DNA of 64,000 nt from the NCBI GenBank assembly GCA_964345375.1, contig CAYFQP010000034.1, forward strand, positions 65-64,064, written 5' to 3'. The number at the start of each line of letters is the position of its first letter. The first letter of the stretch is position 1. The notes beneath the pieces were generated by a model. The model was not told the DNA's origin. It ran no database searches and worked only from the letters and a program-made list of their open reading frames with translations. Shown here one piece after another: positions 25,865 to 38,668 of this stretch. A program made the translations under genes and the position numbers. Source of the DNA: an uncultured Gammaproteobacteria bacterium. GTDB lineage: Bacteria; Patescibacteriota; Microgenomatia; CAYFQP01.

Positions 25865-28456
25865 TTACTTTTCTAGGCAGGTGATGGCTGCGACCGAATC
25901 ATCAGGCTTGCTGAATCTCATTAAGATTACTCCTTGGGTTCGACGGCCAAGCCTGGGAATATTTTTTAAAGGTAGTTTAATTACTTGGGCTGATTTTGAA
26001 GTAATGATGATTTGGTCTGTTTTTTGATTAACCATTCGGGCAGCTACAACTTTGCCTGTCTTGGGAGTAATCTCGGCCACCTTGACGCCAACCCCACCTC
26101 TTTTTTGAATCGGAAATTCTTTAAGTCCACTCCTCTTGCCTATCCCCTTCTCCATGATAACAAAAATGTCTCTGAAGAATTTTCTCCTTTTATCTTTTGG
26201 TTGAGCCATCTTGGCGGGAAAAACTTCCATTCCCACCAGATAATCCTTGGGTTTAAGCCTGATTCCCCTAACGCCCATGGTATCACGAGCTGTTGGTCGA
26301 ATATCTTTCTCTGAAAAACGAATCGACTTGCCTTCATGGGTAACTAAAAGAACTTGATCATTCCCTCCACTCACTCGAGCCCAACAAAGCTCATCTCCCT
26401 TAGTTAATTTAATGGCAATGATTCCTGACGAACGGATATGAGCATAATCACTAATTAAGGTCTTCTTAACCGTTCCCTTTTTTGTTGCCAGGATAAGGTG
26501 TTTTTCTTCTTTTGTTTTATCATGCCTTAAAATCACAGTTGACTGGATCTTTTCATCAGGTTCAATATTAATTAGATTAATAATCGCCTGGCCTTTTGCT
26601 TGCCGAGAAGCTTCTGGAATTTCCCAGACTTTGAGTTGATAGACCTTGCCTTTATCAGAGAAGAAAAGAATATTATCATGAGTATTGGCAATAAAGATCT
26701 GAGCAATCTTGTCTTTAGCCTTAGTGGCCATGCCGGTGACTCCTTTTCCGCCTCGGCGCTGGGTCCGAAAAGTGCCTTTGGCTAATCGTTTAACATAACC
26801 GCCAGTGGTAATCGTAATGATTGTTTCTTCTTTGGCCACCAAATCTGCCTCCCTAAATTCACCTAGTTTTTGGGGAAAGACTTTGGTCCGGCGAGGATCA
26901 CCATATTTTTCTTTTAAGTCAAGAAGTTCTTTTTTAATTACCTTGAGAATTTTTTCTGGGTGAGCGAGCAAGTCAGTTAAAGATTCAATCGTCTCGCCAA
27001 CTGTCTTGTATTCATCTTCAATTTTTTGTCTTTCTAAAGCAGCTAAACGACGAAGCTGCATTTCCAGAATGGCATTAGCCTGAATTTCAGTTAAACCGAA
27101 CTTTTTTATTAATCTCTTCCTAGCTTGGTCAACGTCCCGAGAGCGCTTGATAGTGGTAATGACCGCATCAAGATTATCAAGAGCGATTTTTAAGCCTTCA
27201 AGAATGTGAGCCCTGGCTTTGGCTTGAGCTAATTCAAACTGGCTTCTTTTGGTAATGATTTCTTGACGGTGGCGGATATAGAGAGTGAGGATTTGTTTGA
27301 GGTTAAGAGTTTGGGGAGTGCCATCGACTAAAGCAACAATGTTAGCGGGATAGATTGTTTGGAGGTTGGTGTGTTTATAGAGATTATTAAGAACTGATTT
27401 TGGCTTAGCTGTTTTTTTAAGTTCGATGACGATTCTGATTCCCTGACGGTCTGATTCATCTCTGAGGTCGGCAATGCCGTCAAGCCTTTTTTCTTTAGCT
27501 AGAAAAGCGATTTTAGCGACCAAATCAGCCTTGTTAACTTGATAAGGAAGTTCATTAATTAGGATTTGGAATCGGCCTCGCTTGGTTTCTTCGATTTCTG
27601 CTTTTCCTCGGACAACAACTCGTCCCCGGCCAGTCGCATAAACATCTTTAATTGCTTCAGCGTCATAAATCTGGCCACCAGTAGGAAAATCAGGTCCTTT
27701 AATAAATTTTAAGAGATCCTCGATTTGAGCCTGGCTTTCAAAAAGACTAGCCTTTCTCTCAGGATTCTTTTCTGGTTCATTAGTCTCAAATTCAATTTTC
27801 TTAAGGCCAAACTCTTCCCCCTTTTCTTCTTCTTTTTTTGGCTCTTGAGTTTTAGTGATTCCTTTGTCAATCATCTGGATAATTGCCTCGACGAGTTCAC
27901 TTAAGTTATGAGGAGGAATTTTCGTGGCCACACCGACAGCGATTCCGTCTGCTCCCATAAGAAGAAGATTAGGGAGTTTGGCCGGAAGATAGACTGGCTC
28001 GGTTAGGGTGGCATCAAAGTTATCAGCCTCAGGAACAGTTTCTTTTTGAATATCAACCAGCATTTCTTGGCTGATTTTGGCCATTTTGACTTCGGTATAC
28101 CGCATCGCGGCTGGAGCATCACCATCAATTGAACCAAAGTTACCCTGGCCCTGAATTAAAGGATAACGAAGAGAAAAGTCCTGAGCCATTCTGACTAAGG
28201 CATCATAGACCGGCATGTCGCCATGAGGATGGTACTTACCTAAGACTTCACCAACAACCTTGGCTGATTTCGAAAAACTGGCTTGATGAGTTAAACCGAT
28301 TTGGTGCATGGCATAAAGGATTCGGCGGTGAACTGGTTTTAAACCATCGCGGACATCAGGCAGAGCCCGGGCAACAATCACTGACATGGCGTAGTCCAGG
28401 TAGGACTTTTCCATTTCTCGAGTGATTTCAACTGGTTTTAATTTGCCGATTTCCAT
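25865..28456 (-). CDS. gyrA: DNA gyrase subunit A (no intein)
   Basis: [21 protein letters not shown], active-site Tyr region, C-terminal beta-pinwheel repeats; 863 aa. Confidence 0.95.
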   Translation of the reverse strand: MEIGKLKPVEITREMEKSYLDYAMSVIVARALPDVRDGLKPVHRRILYAMHQIGLTHQASFSKSAKVVGEVLGKYHPHGDMPVYDALVRMAQDFSLRYPLIQGQGNFGSIDGDAPAAMRYTEVKMAKISQEMLVDIQKETVPEADNFDATLTEPVYLPAKLPNLLLMGADGIAVGVATKIPPHNLSELVEAIIQMIDKGITKTQEPKKEEEKGEEFGLKKIEFETNEPEKNPERKASLFESQAQIEDLLKFIKGPDFPTGGQIYDAEAIKDVYATGRGRVVVRGKAEIEETKRGRFQILINELPYQVNKADLVAKIAFLAKEKRLDGIADLRDESDRQGIRIVIELKKTAKPKSVLNNLYKHTNLQTIYPANIVALVDGTPQTLNLKQILTLYIRHRQEIITKRSQFELAQAKARAHILEGLKIALDNLDAVITTIKRSRDVDQARKRLIKKFGLTEIQANAILEMQLRRLAALERQKIEDEYKTVGETIESLTDLLAHPEKILKVIKKELLDLKEKYGDPRRTKVFPQKLGEFREADLVAKEETIITITTGGYVKRLAKGTFRTQRRGGKGVTGMATKAKDKIAQIFIANTHDNILFFSDKGKVYQLKVWEIPEASRQAKGQAIINLINIEPDEKIQSTVILRHDKTKEEKHLILATKKGTVKKTLISDYAHIRSSGIIAIKLTKGDELCWARVSGGNDQVLLVTHEGKSIRFSEKDIRPTARDTMGVRGIRLKPKDYLVGMEVFPAKMAQPKDKRRKFFRDIFVIMEKGIGKRSGLKEFPIQKRGGVGVKVAEITPKTGKVVAARMVNQKTDQIIITSKSAQVIKLPLKNIPRLGRRTQGVILMRFSKPDDSVAAITCLEK

Positions 28457-28473
28457 ATGAAGACTTAAGAGGT

Positions 28474-29025
28474 TTAACTAAATTTTTCTTGATATTCTTT
28501 AATTCCCTCTTTAATGATTTTTTCAGCCTGACTTCTGCCACTCCAACCAATAATCTTGATTTTTTTATCAGGTTGAAGCTCAGCATAATTCTCAAAAAAA
28601 TTCTCAATTTCTTTTTTGTAATGAGGAGCAAGATCAGTTAGTTCTTTAATCTGGTCAAAGCGAGGGTCATCATGAGGAACAGCGATGATTTTATTATCTT
28701 CCTCACCAGTGTCTTCTAATCTTAAGACACCAATTGCTCGACAGTTAATAATGCAGCCAGAAAAAGTGGGAAATGAAGAAAGAACCATGATATCTTGAGG
28801 ATCTCCATCTTTTTCATTCCAAGTTTGGGGAATAATTCCGTATTCAGCCGGAAAAAAGACAGCCTCGTATAGGACTCGGTCAAGCTTAAAAAAACCAAGC
28901 TGGTGGTCATATTCATACTTATTAGTGCTTCCTTTAGGGATTTCAACCAAACAGTGGACCTCTTTTGGTGGTTTGGGTCCAGCTGGAACTAAGTGGAATA
29001 GATTTTTTAAATTCATTTTATTCAT
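28474..29025 (-). CDS. ppa: inorganic pyrophosphatase (family I)
   Basis: [24 protein letters not shown], metal-binding Asp cluster. Confidence 0.85.
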   Translation of the reverse strand: MNKMNLKNLFHLVPAGPKPPKEVHCLVEIPKGSTNKYEYDHQLGFFKLDRVLYEAVFFPAEYGIIPQTWNEKDGDPQDIMVLSSFPTFSGCIINCRAIGVLRLEDTGEEDNKIIAVPHDDPRFDQIKELTDLAPHYKKEIENFFENYAELQPDKKIKIIGWSGRSQAEKIIKEGIKEYQEKFS

Positions 29026-29064
29026 TATACCTTATTTAGAATAAATATTAATATTAGATTAATA

Positions 29065-31065
<2,001 letters not shown>

Positions 31066-31089
31066 TTAGAGCCAGGATGCAAGGAAAGA

Positions 31090-31809
31090 TTAGTTTTTTT
31101 CCTGCTTAAATGGGTATAAAAGAAGAAGGTTGTCGAGAGCTAATCTGGGATTAACATTTGCCTTAAGATAGTTAAGGGTTTTCTCGATTTGGCGAAGAGA
31201 GGTGGTGATTTCTTTGTTTGAGAGGTGAGTTAAAAAAGCTTTTCCTTTAATTTTTTTTAAGAGAATGGCTCGCCAGAGAACTAGTTGGTTTTGACAAAAA
31301 CAAAGGGTTTCATCTCTTGCTCTCAATTGGTCTGTGTATTGAAGCCTTTTTCCGGGTGAAGATTTTAAAATTTTCTCTAGTTCTTGACTCAGTTCTTTTA
31401 TCTCTCTTTGATCAAGCTCGATTTCAGCTTTTTCAGGAAGACTGATTAATCGGCAGCGAGAAACAACAGTTGTCAAAAGATTCTCTTTTCGGGGAGCGGT
31501 TAAGACTAAGACCGAGTCTCCGATTGGCTCTTCAAGGATTTTTAAGAGGGCGTTTTGGGCCTCAGTGGTTAGTTTTTCTGCTTGAGCAATCCAGCCAATT
31601 TTGGGAGGAAAACTATGAGGTTTTAAAGAAAGAGTCTCTTCTAATTTCCTTATCTGATTAATGCCGATTGAGGTTTCGCCTCTTAATTGAAGGAGATCAG
31701 GATCTTGGGTTTGTTGGGCCTTTTTTGGTTTTAATTGAGAGTAAAGTTTTTCAAAAGTTTTCTCTCTTTCTCTAAGATTGCCTCCCAGGATGAGATAACT
31801 GCCAGCCAT
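31090..31809 (-). CDS. holB: DNA polymerase III delta-prime subunit-like clamp-loader protein
   Basis: AQNALLKILEEP and TVVSRC (SRC motif), no Walker A; 239 aa. Confidence 0.65.
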   Translation of the reverse strand: MAGSYLILGGNLREREKTFEKLYSQLKPKKAQQTQDPDLLQLRGETSIGINQIRKLEETLSLKPHSFPPKIGWIAQAEKLTTEAQNALLKILEEPIGDSVLVLTAPRKENLLTTVVSRCRLISLPEKAEIELDQREIKELSQELEKILKSSPGKRLQYTDQLRARDETLCFCQNQLVLWRAILLKKIKGKAFLTHLSNKEITTSLRQIEKTLNYLKANVNPRLALDNLLLLYPFKQEKN

Positions 31810-31847
31810 ATTGACATTCTACCAGAAGGTTTGTAAGATGAAAAGTA

Positions 31848-33611
31848 ATGGCTGCCCAGACTGCCCAGGCTACTCAAGTTACCCAGGCTGGTAACACTCC
31901 GGCTAAAAACCTGGCTGATATCCTTGTTAAACAAGGAGCTCTTAAGGCTGATCAGGCCGAAAAAGTGAAACTTGAGAATATTAATACTGGTAAGCCGGTT
32001 GAGGAAATTGTTGCTAAGGATAAACTTGTTTCTGAAGAGGCTTTAATTAAGGCCAAGGCTGAATTCTACAACGTTTCTTTTGTTAACTTAATGGAAACCC
32101 CCTCTTCTCCCGAAGCCTTGGCTTTGATCCCAAAATCAGTGGCTGAGGCGAATAATCTCATTCCCTTTGCTCTTGATAAGAAAAAGAATGAACTTTCGGT
32201 TGCCCTGGTTAATCCTCTTGATTTGGAAATCATTGAGTTTATTGAAAAGAAATCCGGGGCCAAAATCAAACCCTTCATGGCTTCTCCCAGTCAGATTAAG
32301 GCGGCCATTGCCGAGCGCTACGGAGTTGGTTTAACGACCGAGGTGACAGCGGCCTTAAAAGAAGCGGTTCCCGAAGTGACGCCAACGAAGACGGTGGATA
32401 TCAAAAAATTGGGTGAGGTTATTCGGGAGGCACCAATTGCCAAGATTGTTTCTACTTTGCTTGAGTTTGCCATGCGGAGTCGAGCTTCGGATATTCACAT
32501 CGAGCCAGAAGAGGGTAAAACCCGAGTCAGGTATCGGATTGATGGCATTATGCACGAGAAATTAATTCTGCCTAAAACAGTCCACGAAGCCCTTGTTTCT
32601 CGGATTAAGATTCTTTCAGGAATGAAGATTGATGAAAAACGGTTACCTCAAGACGGCCGTTTTAATTTCCGGGCTGATGGTGATGAGGTCGATTTGCGGG
32701 TCTCTTGTTTGCCAACGGTTCATGGCGAGAAAATGGTCATGAGGCTCTTGAAAAAAACCGGTGGTGTGCCTGATTTGCCTGAGCTAGGTTTAAGAGGTCG
32801 GGCCTTAAAGCAGGTTGAAGAAGCGATTACCAAACCAGTAGGTATTATCCTTGTTTGTGGACCAACTGGTTCTGGAAAAACAACGACTCTTTATTCAATC
32901 ATTCAGCGAATTAATTCTACCCGAGTCAACATTATCACTCTTGAGGATCCAGTCGAATATCAAATTGCTGGCGTTAATCAGGTTCAGGTTAATCCCAAAG
33001 CCGGTTTGACTTTTGCTTCTGGTCTGCGGTCTTTTGTTCGTCAAGATCCAGACATTATTCTTGTGGGTGAAATTCGGGATAAAGAAACAACCGAACTGGC
33101 AATTCAGGCCTCTCTGACTGGCCATTTAGTTTTCTCGACTCTTCACACTAATTCAGCGGCTGGCGCTCTTCCCCGTTTACTAGATTTAGGAGCTGAACCC
33201 TTCTTATTAGCTTCCTCAGCCTCAGCCATTCTTGGTCAGCGAGTTTGTCGCCGGGTTTGCCCTTATTGTCGCCAAGAATTCGAGCCTTCAGAACAGCTAG
33301 TGGCTGATATCAAGAAGGTTTTAGGCCAGTTATTTGATGAAAAAAAATATGGTCCAGGTTTTAAAATGGTCAAAGGTAAAGGCTGTCAGGAGTGTAATAG
33401 CTCTGGTTATCTAGGTCGGGTGGGAATTTTTGAAGTCCTACCAGTAACCGAAAAAATCGGCCGTTTGATTTTAGAAAGTACCCCCGCTAGCAAAGTCGAA
33501 CAGCAAGCGGTTGAAGAAGGAATGGTTACGATGAAACAGGATGGATATTTGAAATCTTTGGAGGGAATTACTACTATAGAAGAAGTCCTTCGGGTTGCCG
33601 AAGTAAGTTAA
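31848..33611 (+). CDS. pilB: type IV pilus assembly / T2SS ATPase PilB/GspE
   Basis: N-terminal GSPII_E_N domain, Walker A VCGPTGSGKTTTLY, Asp/His boxes, tetracysteine CPYC...CQECNSSGY. Confidence 0.9.
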   Translation: MAAQTAQATQVTQAGNTPAKNLADILVKQGALKADQAEKVKLENINTGKPVEEIVAKDKLVSEEALIKAKAEFYNVSFVNLMETPSSPEALALIPKSVAEANNLIPFALDKKKNELSVALVNPLDLEIIEFIEKKSGAKIKPFMASPSQIKAAIAERYGVGLTTEVTAALKEAVPEVTPTKTVDIKKLGEVIREAPIAKIVSTLLEFAMRSRASDIHIEPEEGKTRVRYRIDGIMHEKLILPKTVHEALVSRIKILSGMKIDEKRLPQDGRFNFRADGDEVDLRVSCLPTVHGEKMVMRLLKKTGGVPDLPELGLRGRALKQVEEAITKPVGIILVCGPTGSGKTTTLYSIIQRINSTRVNIITLEDPVEYQIAGVNQVQVNPKAGLTFASGLRSFVRQDPDIILVGEIRDKETTELAIQASLTGHLVFSTLHTNSAAGALPRLLDLGAEPFLLASSASAILGQRVCRRVCPYCRQEFEPSEQLVADIKKVLGQLFDEKKYGPGFKMVKGKGCQECNSSGYLGRVGIFEVLPVTEKIGRLILESTPASKVEQQAVEEGMVTMKQDGYLKSLEGITTIEEVLRVAEVS

Positions 33612-33617
33612 AAACAA

Positions 33618-34676
33618 ATGGAAATTAGAGAATTACTGAAAATTACTTTAGACCGCAACGCCTCTGACCTCCACCTCTTGGTGGGCATTCCTCCGGCCCT
33701 GAGAATTGATGGAGTTTTGACTTTATTAACTGATTATCCTGCCCTGAATCAAAATATGATTCAGGAATTGGTTAATTCTCTTCTCAATCAGGAACAAAAA
33801 GAAATTCTTAATGTTAATCGGGAATTAGATTTCTCTTTTGAATTAGAAGGTCAGGCTCGTTTCCGGGTTAATGCTTACCACCAGAGGGGCACTTTGGCGG
33901 TTGCCCTTCGGTTGATTCCTTTAAAGATAAGGAATATCGAAGAATTAAAATTACCTCAGATCTGCCATCGCTTTGCTGAACTGAAACAAGGCTTTATTCT
34001 CATCACTGGTCCGACTGGGCACGGTAAGTCAACCACCTTGGCGGCCATCTTAAATGAGATTAACACCAAACGAGCTGAGCACATTGTCACGATTGAAGAT
34101 CCGATTGAATTCATTCTTCCTCAAAGCAAGTCAATTGTTTCCCAAAGAGAAATTCATGCTGACACCCATTCTTGGGAAATTTCTCTTCGGTCTTGTTTAC
34201 GAGAAGATCCGAACGTAGTTCTCGTTGGTGAGATGAGGGATTATGAAACCATTGCTGCCGCCTTAACGATTGCTGAAACCGGCCATTTGGTTTTTGCCAC
34301 CCTCCATACCAACTCTGCTGCCCAGACAATTGACCGAATTGTTGATGTTTTTCCTGAACACTCCAAAAGTCAAGTAAGAATGCAGCTCGCTTTTACGATT
34401 GAGGCCGTCTTTTCTCAGCGGTTGATTCCTTGTTTAAAAGGCGGTAGGGTAGTGGCGACCGAGGTAATGGTTGCCACTCCAGCCATTCGGACTTCTGTTC
34501 GAGAGGGCAAGACCCACATGATTGATAACATCATCCAAACTTCAAGAGAATTGAGCATGTGGACGCTAGAGACCGACCTAGCCCGGTTAGTCAAAGAGGG
34601 AGAAGTGAGCTTAGAGACAGCCAAGGCCTATGCTCTTCGCCCAGAAGATCTTATCAGACAGGTTAGGGGCAAGTGA
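33618..34676 (+). CDS. pilT: twitching motility retraction ATPase PilT
   Basis: ITGPTGHGKSTTLAAIL Walker A, IVTIEDPIEF, LVGEMRD, ATLHTNSAAQTIDRI. Confidence 0.9.
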   Translation: MEIRELLKITLDRNASDLHLLVGIPPALRIDGVLTLLTDYPALNQNMIQELVNSLLNQEQKEILNVNRELDFSFELEGQARFRVNAYHQRGTLAVALRLIPLKIRNIEELKLPQICHRFAELKQGFILITGPTGHGKSTTLAAILNEINTKRAEHIVTIEDPIEFILPQSKSIVSQREIHADTHSWEISLRSCLREDPNVVLVGEMRDYETIAAALTIAETGHLVFATLHTNSAAQTIDRIVDVFPEHSKSQVRMQLAFTIEAVFSQRLIPCLKGGRVVATEVMVATPAIRTSVREGKTHMIDNIIQTSRELSMWTLETDLARLVKEGEVSLETAKAYALRPEDLIRQVRGK

Positions 34677-35878
34677 GAAAATTTAACTATAAAGCCAAAG
34701 ATAAACAAGGAAAGACCGTTAAAGGCGTGGTTGAGGCCGCTGGTGAGAAGCAAGCGGCTAAAGTTCTTCGAGATAAAGGTTTGGTTCCAATCTCCTTGAG
34801 TTTTTCTAAGAGAGATATTTTTAAGGTTATCTCTGAACGGTATTTTCAACGAATTGGTTTGGCTGAGCTCGCCACTTTCACCCGTCAGCTTTCAACCATG
34901 GTGACTGCTGGTTTGACCGTGGCTGATGCCCTCCGGATTCTTAAAGAGCAATCTTCACCTAAGTTTGGCCATGTGATTGATGATGTTCTCAGATCAGTTG
35001 AGGGTGGTGCCACCTTGGCTGAGTCATTGGAGAACCACCCTCGAGTTTTTGGTGAAGTCTATATCGCCCTGGTTCGTTCAGGAGAAGCGGCTGGTGTTTT
35101 GGATGAAGTTTTATCAAGATTGGCTGAGAATTTAGAAAAAGAACGAGAATTTCGGAATAAAGTTAAGGGAGCAATGATCTATCCAGTGGTGATTATTGTT
35201 GGGATGGTCGCCGTAGGCGGGATTATGATGGTTTTTGTCATCCCTAAGCTTTTAGGACTCTACCAAGAATTTGAGGCCGAGTTACCCATGGCGACTAAAA
35301 TCCTGATTACCATTTCTAATTTAGCCACTCGTTTCTGGTGGATCACTCTTTTAATTATTGTGGTGGCTGTTTTTTCCTTAAGAAACTTTCAAAAAACACC
35401 AGTCGGCAAGAAAAAGATTGATCGGTTAAAAATTCAGTTACCCGTGGTTGGCGGCTTGATAAAAATGTCCATCATGGCGGAAATGACCAGAACCTTGGGT
35501 CTCTTAGTTGGCACTGGCATCTCGATTATCGACGCCTTAACAATTGTTTCTCGGGCCGTAGGCAACTCGGTTTATGAAGAAGAGCTCCAAGTGGCGGCTG
35601 ACAGAGTTGAAAAAGGTTTGCCTTTAGGTGGAACCTTAGCTGAATACGAGGACTTTCCTCCAGTTGTTCCCCACATGGTTTCAGTGGGCGAAGAAACCGG
35701 CAAGCTAGATGAAGTTCTGACCAAACTCTCTCAATATTTTGAGTCAGAATCAGAGCAGATGGTTAAAGGCTTGACAACCCTCATCGAGCCCCTTATCATG
35801 GTAGTCTTAGGACTAGGAGTTGGTTTTTTGATTATTGCTGTAATTTTACCAATTTATAATTTGACGACATCATTTTAA
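34673..35878 (+). CDS. pilC: type IV pilus / T2SS platform protein PilC/GspF
   Basis: Two GspF repeats with a 3-TM topology; typical length of 401 aa. Confidence 0.85.
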   Translation: MRKFNYKAKDKQGKTVKGVVEAAGEKQAAKVLRDKGLVPISLSFSKRDIFKVISERYFQRIGLAELATFTRQLSTMVTAGLTVADALRILKEQSSPKFGHVIDDVLRSVEGGATLAESLENHPRVFGEVYIALVRSGEAAGVLDEVLSRLAENLEKEREFRNKVKGAMIYPVVIIVGMVAVGGIMMVFVIPKLLGLYQEFEAELPMATKILITISNLATRFWWITLLIIVVAVFSLRNFQKTPVGKKKIDRLKIQLPVVGGLIKMSIMAEMTRTLGLLVGTGISIIDALTIVSRAVGNSVYEEELQVAADRVEKGLPLGGTLAEYEDFPPVVPHMVSVGEETGKLDEVLTKLSQYFESESEQMVKGLTTLIEPLIMVVLGLGVGFLIIAVILPIYNLTTSF

Positions 35879-35901
35879 GAGAAAGGGGGTGAAAAAAAGA
35901 G

Positions 35902-36543
35902 ATGAAGACTGCCCGTTTTTTAATGGCAAAAGGTTTTACCTTGGTTGAGCTTTTGATTGTTATTGCTCTAATTGGGATCTTGGCGGTGGCTATTTTGGCG
36001 GCCATTAACCCCTTAGAGCAGCTTAATCGAGCCCGGGACACAGGGATGGAATCAGACGCCTCTCAGCTTTTGGCAGCGATTGACCGATATTACGCTGCTC
36101 ATGAAGAGTTCCCTTGGACAACAGTCAGTGAGGATGATGCGGTTATGACTGACATCAGTGGAGAGGATACAATTGGATTTATTTCCGCCCAAGATCCTCT
36201 GATCGGAGTTTGTGATACTACTGGATGTGGAGATCAAGGCGTTCTCCTTGTTAACCTTGAGCTAAAATCAGAGTTTTTGAGGAGGAATTTTATTCTTGCT
36301 ACCCAGCCGGTTGACATGCTCTACTTAGGCAAAGATGAAGGCGCTTCTAGCTCGGTTTACGCTTGTTGGGTGCCTCGGTCTTTAGCTAAGAGACAAAGCT
36401 CATCCGTAAGTCTTACAGGCACTGAAGGAACCGAACCTTATGGACTAGACGACAATGTTTGTGATCCCAACGCAACAGGCACTGACTTTACTGATGTTAC
36501 AAAAGCCTGTTTGTATTGTGTTCCTGGTGCTCCAGTTTGGTAA
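35902..36543 (+). CDS. type IV pilin (prepilin with class III signal; candidate major pilin)
   Basis: MKTARFLMAKG|FTLVELLIVIALIGILAVA with Glu+5; located between pilC and pilD; C-terminal Cys pairs. Confidence 0.75.
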   Translation: MKTARFLMAKGFTLVELLIVIALIGILAVAILAAINPLEQLNRARDTGMESDASQLLAAIDRYYAAHEEFPWTTVSEDDAVMTDISGEDTIGFISAQDPLIGVCDTTGCGDQGVLLVNLELKSEFLRRNFILATQPVDMLYLGKDEGASSSVYACWVPRSLAKRQSSSVSLTGTEGTEPYGLDDNVCDPNATGTDFTDVTKACLYCVPGAPVW

Positions 36544-36643
36544 GGCGAGATTTTTTTGATAACAACTAGGCAGTTATCATTTGGGGAGTTGAAGTGTAAA
36601 GATGAGTTAATAGTCGAAAAATTGGTGGGGAAATATTAGTGAA

Positions 36644-37432
36644 GTGGCTTTATTTTTTTTTCTTTTTATTTTCGGCTTGGGTTTGAGCATTGGCTCATTC
36701 TTAAATGTCCTCATTTATCGCCTACCCCGGTCGATTCCATTAACAGGTCGTTCTTTCTGTCCTAGGTGTAAAAAAAAGATTTCTTGGCAAGATAATTTTC
36801 CTTTATTGTCTTTCATCTTTTTAAGAGGAAAGTGTCGTCATTGCCACTCCCCTATTTCCTGGCAATATCCAGTGGTAGAGTTTTTAACCGCCTTTCTTTT
36901 TTTCTTAACTGCTTTCTGGGTCTTTAAGCAAAACCCTGATTTAACCTTGTTAACCCCCCAATATTACTTAATCCTTGGCTACTACCTTTTTCTTTTTTCA
37001 GCCTTAGTGGTAATTTTTTTCACTGATTTATTCCAACAAATTATTCCTGATCAAGTTGTCTATCCGGCAATGGTAATCAGCCTAATAGGTGGCTTTTTCC
37101 TTGATGGAATTCAAAGATATAATCTTCTCTCAGCCCTAGGAGGAGGTCTTTTCTTTCTCTTCCTCCATTTGATTACTAAGAAGAAAGGAATGGGTTCGGG
37201 TGATATAAAATTAGTTGTCTTAATGGGATTGATTCTTGGTTTTCCTAAGATTGTCCTTGCTTCATACTTAGCTTTCTTGACAGGTGCTCTGGTAGGTGTC
37301 ATACTGATTTTAGCAAAAAAAAAGAAGTTTGGGGAGCATATTCCCTTTGGCCCGTTTCTAGCTGGGTCAACGATTATTGCCCTTTTTTGGGGTGAAGAAT
37401 TAATTAAATGGCTGACTGCCCGCTTATTTTAA
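36644..37432 (+). CDS. pilD: prepilin peptidase PilD (A24 family)
   Basis: CPRCKKKI...CRHCHSPI zinc finger, 8 TM, catalytic Asp regions (TDLFQQIIPD; GMGSGDIKL). Confidence 0.85.
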   Translation: MALFFFLFIFGLGLSIGSFLNVLIYRLPRSIPLTGRSFCPRCKKKISWQDNFPLLSFIFLRGKCRHCHSPISWQYPVVEFLTAFLFFLTAFWVFKQNPDLTLLTPQYYLILGYYLFLFSALVVIFFTDLFQQIIPDQVVYPAMVISLIGGFFLDGIQRYNLLSALGGGLFFLFLHLITKKKGMGSGDIKLVVLMGLILGFPKIVLASYLAFLTGALVGVILILAKKKKFGEHIPFGPFLAGSTIIALFWGEELIKWLTARLF

Positions 37433-38046
37433 AAAGGAAAAAACCTCAAGGAATCTCCCTGACTGAATTATTAATCGTTGTCGCCGTTATTGCTGTTCTA
37501 ATCCTGGCTCTGATTGCTGCTTTTAAACCTTGGACCCAGCAAGCTAAAGCCCGCGATGCTCAGCGAAAAGCTGATCTTCAGAAGATTAAGGCTCCCCTTG
37601 AAGATTATTATAATGATAATAATTGCTACCCCTATCCAACTCTTGATGATTTGGTTCCCGATTATATTGGTGAGAAACCAACCGATCCGGAAACAGGCGA
37701 AGATTATATTTATATTCCAGACCCAAATTGCAATTTCTACCAGATTTATACTAGACTAGAATATATCAATGATCCAGAGATTATCGAGGTCGGTTGTGGA
37801 GCTGGTTGCGGGCCAGGAGGAGATGATGGCACTTGTGAATATAATTATGGGATTTCGGGTGGTGGAGAGAGCCTAGAATGTTGCACGGCACCTGAAGACA
37901 TCTGTCCGTTTGGTGGAAGACCCTGGGTGGCCCCGCCTGATTGTGAAAACCCAGGCGACTATTGTGGGAAACCGACCTGTTGTTATCAAAACTGGGTTAT
38001 GGTTTGTGACGGAGAGGAATATTGGTGTTGTCAACCTGAAGAATAA
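37408..38046 (+). CDS. pilin-like protein with Cys-rich C-terminal domain
   Basis: KRKKPQG|ISLTELLIVVAVIAVL prepilin N-terminus; ARDAQRKADLQKIKAPLEDYY GspG-like helix; 14 Cys in the last ~85 aa. Confidence 0.65.
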   Translation: MADCPLILKRKKPQGISLTELLIVVAVIAVLILALIAAFKPWTQQAKARDAQRKADLQKIKAPLEDYYNDNNCYPYPTLDDLVPDYIGEKPTDPETGEDYIYIPDPNCNFYQIYTRLEYINDPEIIEVGCGAGCGPGGDDGTCEYNYGISGGGESLECCTAPEDICPFGGRPWVAPPDCENPGDYCGKPTCCYQNWVMVCDGEEYWCCQPEE

Positions 38047-38048
38047 TA

Positions 38049-38579
38049 ATGAAATTAAAAAAGCTTAAAGTTAAAAACCAAAAACACGGTTTTACTTTAG
38101 TTGAACTGTTGGTAGTGATGGCCATTCTCGCCATTTTGGCGACTGTCACTTTAGCCAATTTCCGAACTTCTCAAATTAAAGCCCGCGATGCCCAGAGAAA
38201 ACATGATTTACGCCAGATTGTTAATGCTTTAGAGGCCTATTTTAGTGATCATAATGGCTATCCAGAGGCCAGTAATGGAAAAATCATGGCTTGTGGTTGT
38301 CAAGATCCAGGACTGGCTTGTGGTTGGGATGATCCTGTTGGTCAACGAGAGTTTTGTGATGGTAATAACACTGTTTACATGGCTAAAGTTCCTGGTGACC
38401 CTCTTTCGGATCCTAATCACTCCTATTGCTATCAATCTGATGGAAATTACTTTAAACTTTATGCTATTCTAGAAAATGAGAAAGACCCAGAAGCAACGAT
38501 TGAGGTCACCTGTGCTGGTAAAGACTATAATTTTGGCCTTGCCAGCCCGAACGTGCCTTTAGTTGAGGAGGAAGAATGA
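38049..38579 (+). CDS. pilin-like protein (GspG/PulG-like pseudopilin)
   Basis: KHG|FTLVELLVVMAILAILA, KARDAQRKHDLRQIVNALEAYFSDHNGYP. Confidence 0.7.
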   Translation: MKLKKLKVKNQKHGFTLVELLVVMAILAILATVTLANFRTSQIKARDAQRKHDLRQIVNALEAYFSDHNGYPEASNGKIMACGCQDPGLACGWDDPVGQREFCDGNNTVYMAKVPGDPLSDPNHSYCYQSDGNYFKLYAILENEKDPEATIEVTCAGKDYNFGLASPNVPLVEEEE

Positions 38580-38668
38580 AAAAACTGATTAATAACTTTG
38601 GTTTTACCCTGATTGAACTCTTGGTCGTCATCTCGATTATTGGCATTTTAGCCACCCTCTTGATTGCT
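38576..38668 (+). repeat. 93-nt segment identical to 39068-39160 (first 31 codons of two adjacent pilin genes)
   Basis: Direct comparison of the sequence: 93/93 identity starting exactly at each ATG, with divergence immediately afterwards. Confidence 0.85.
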
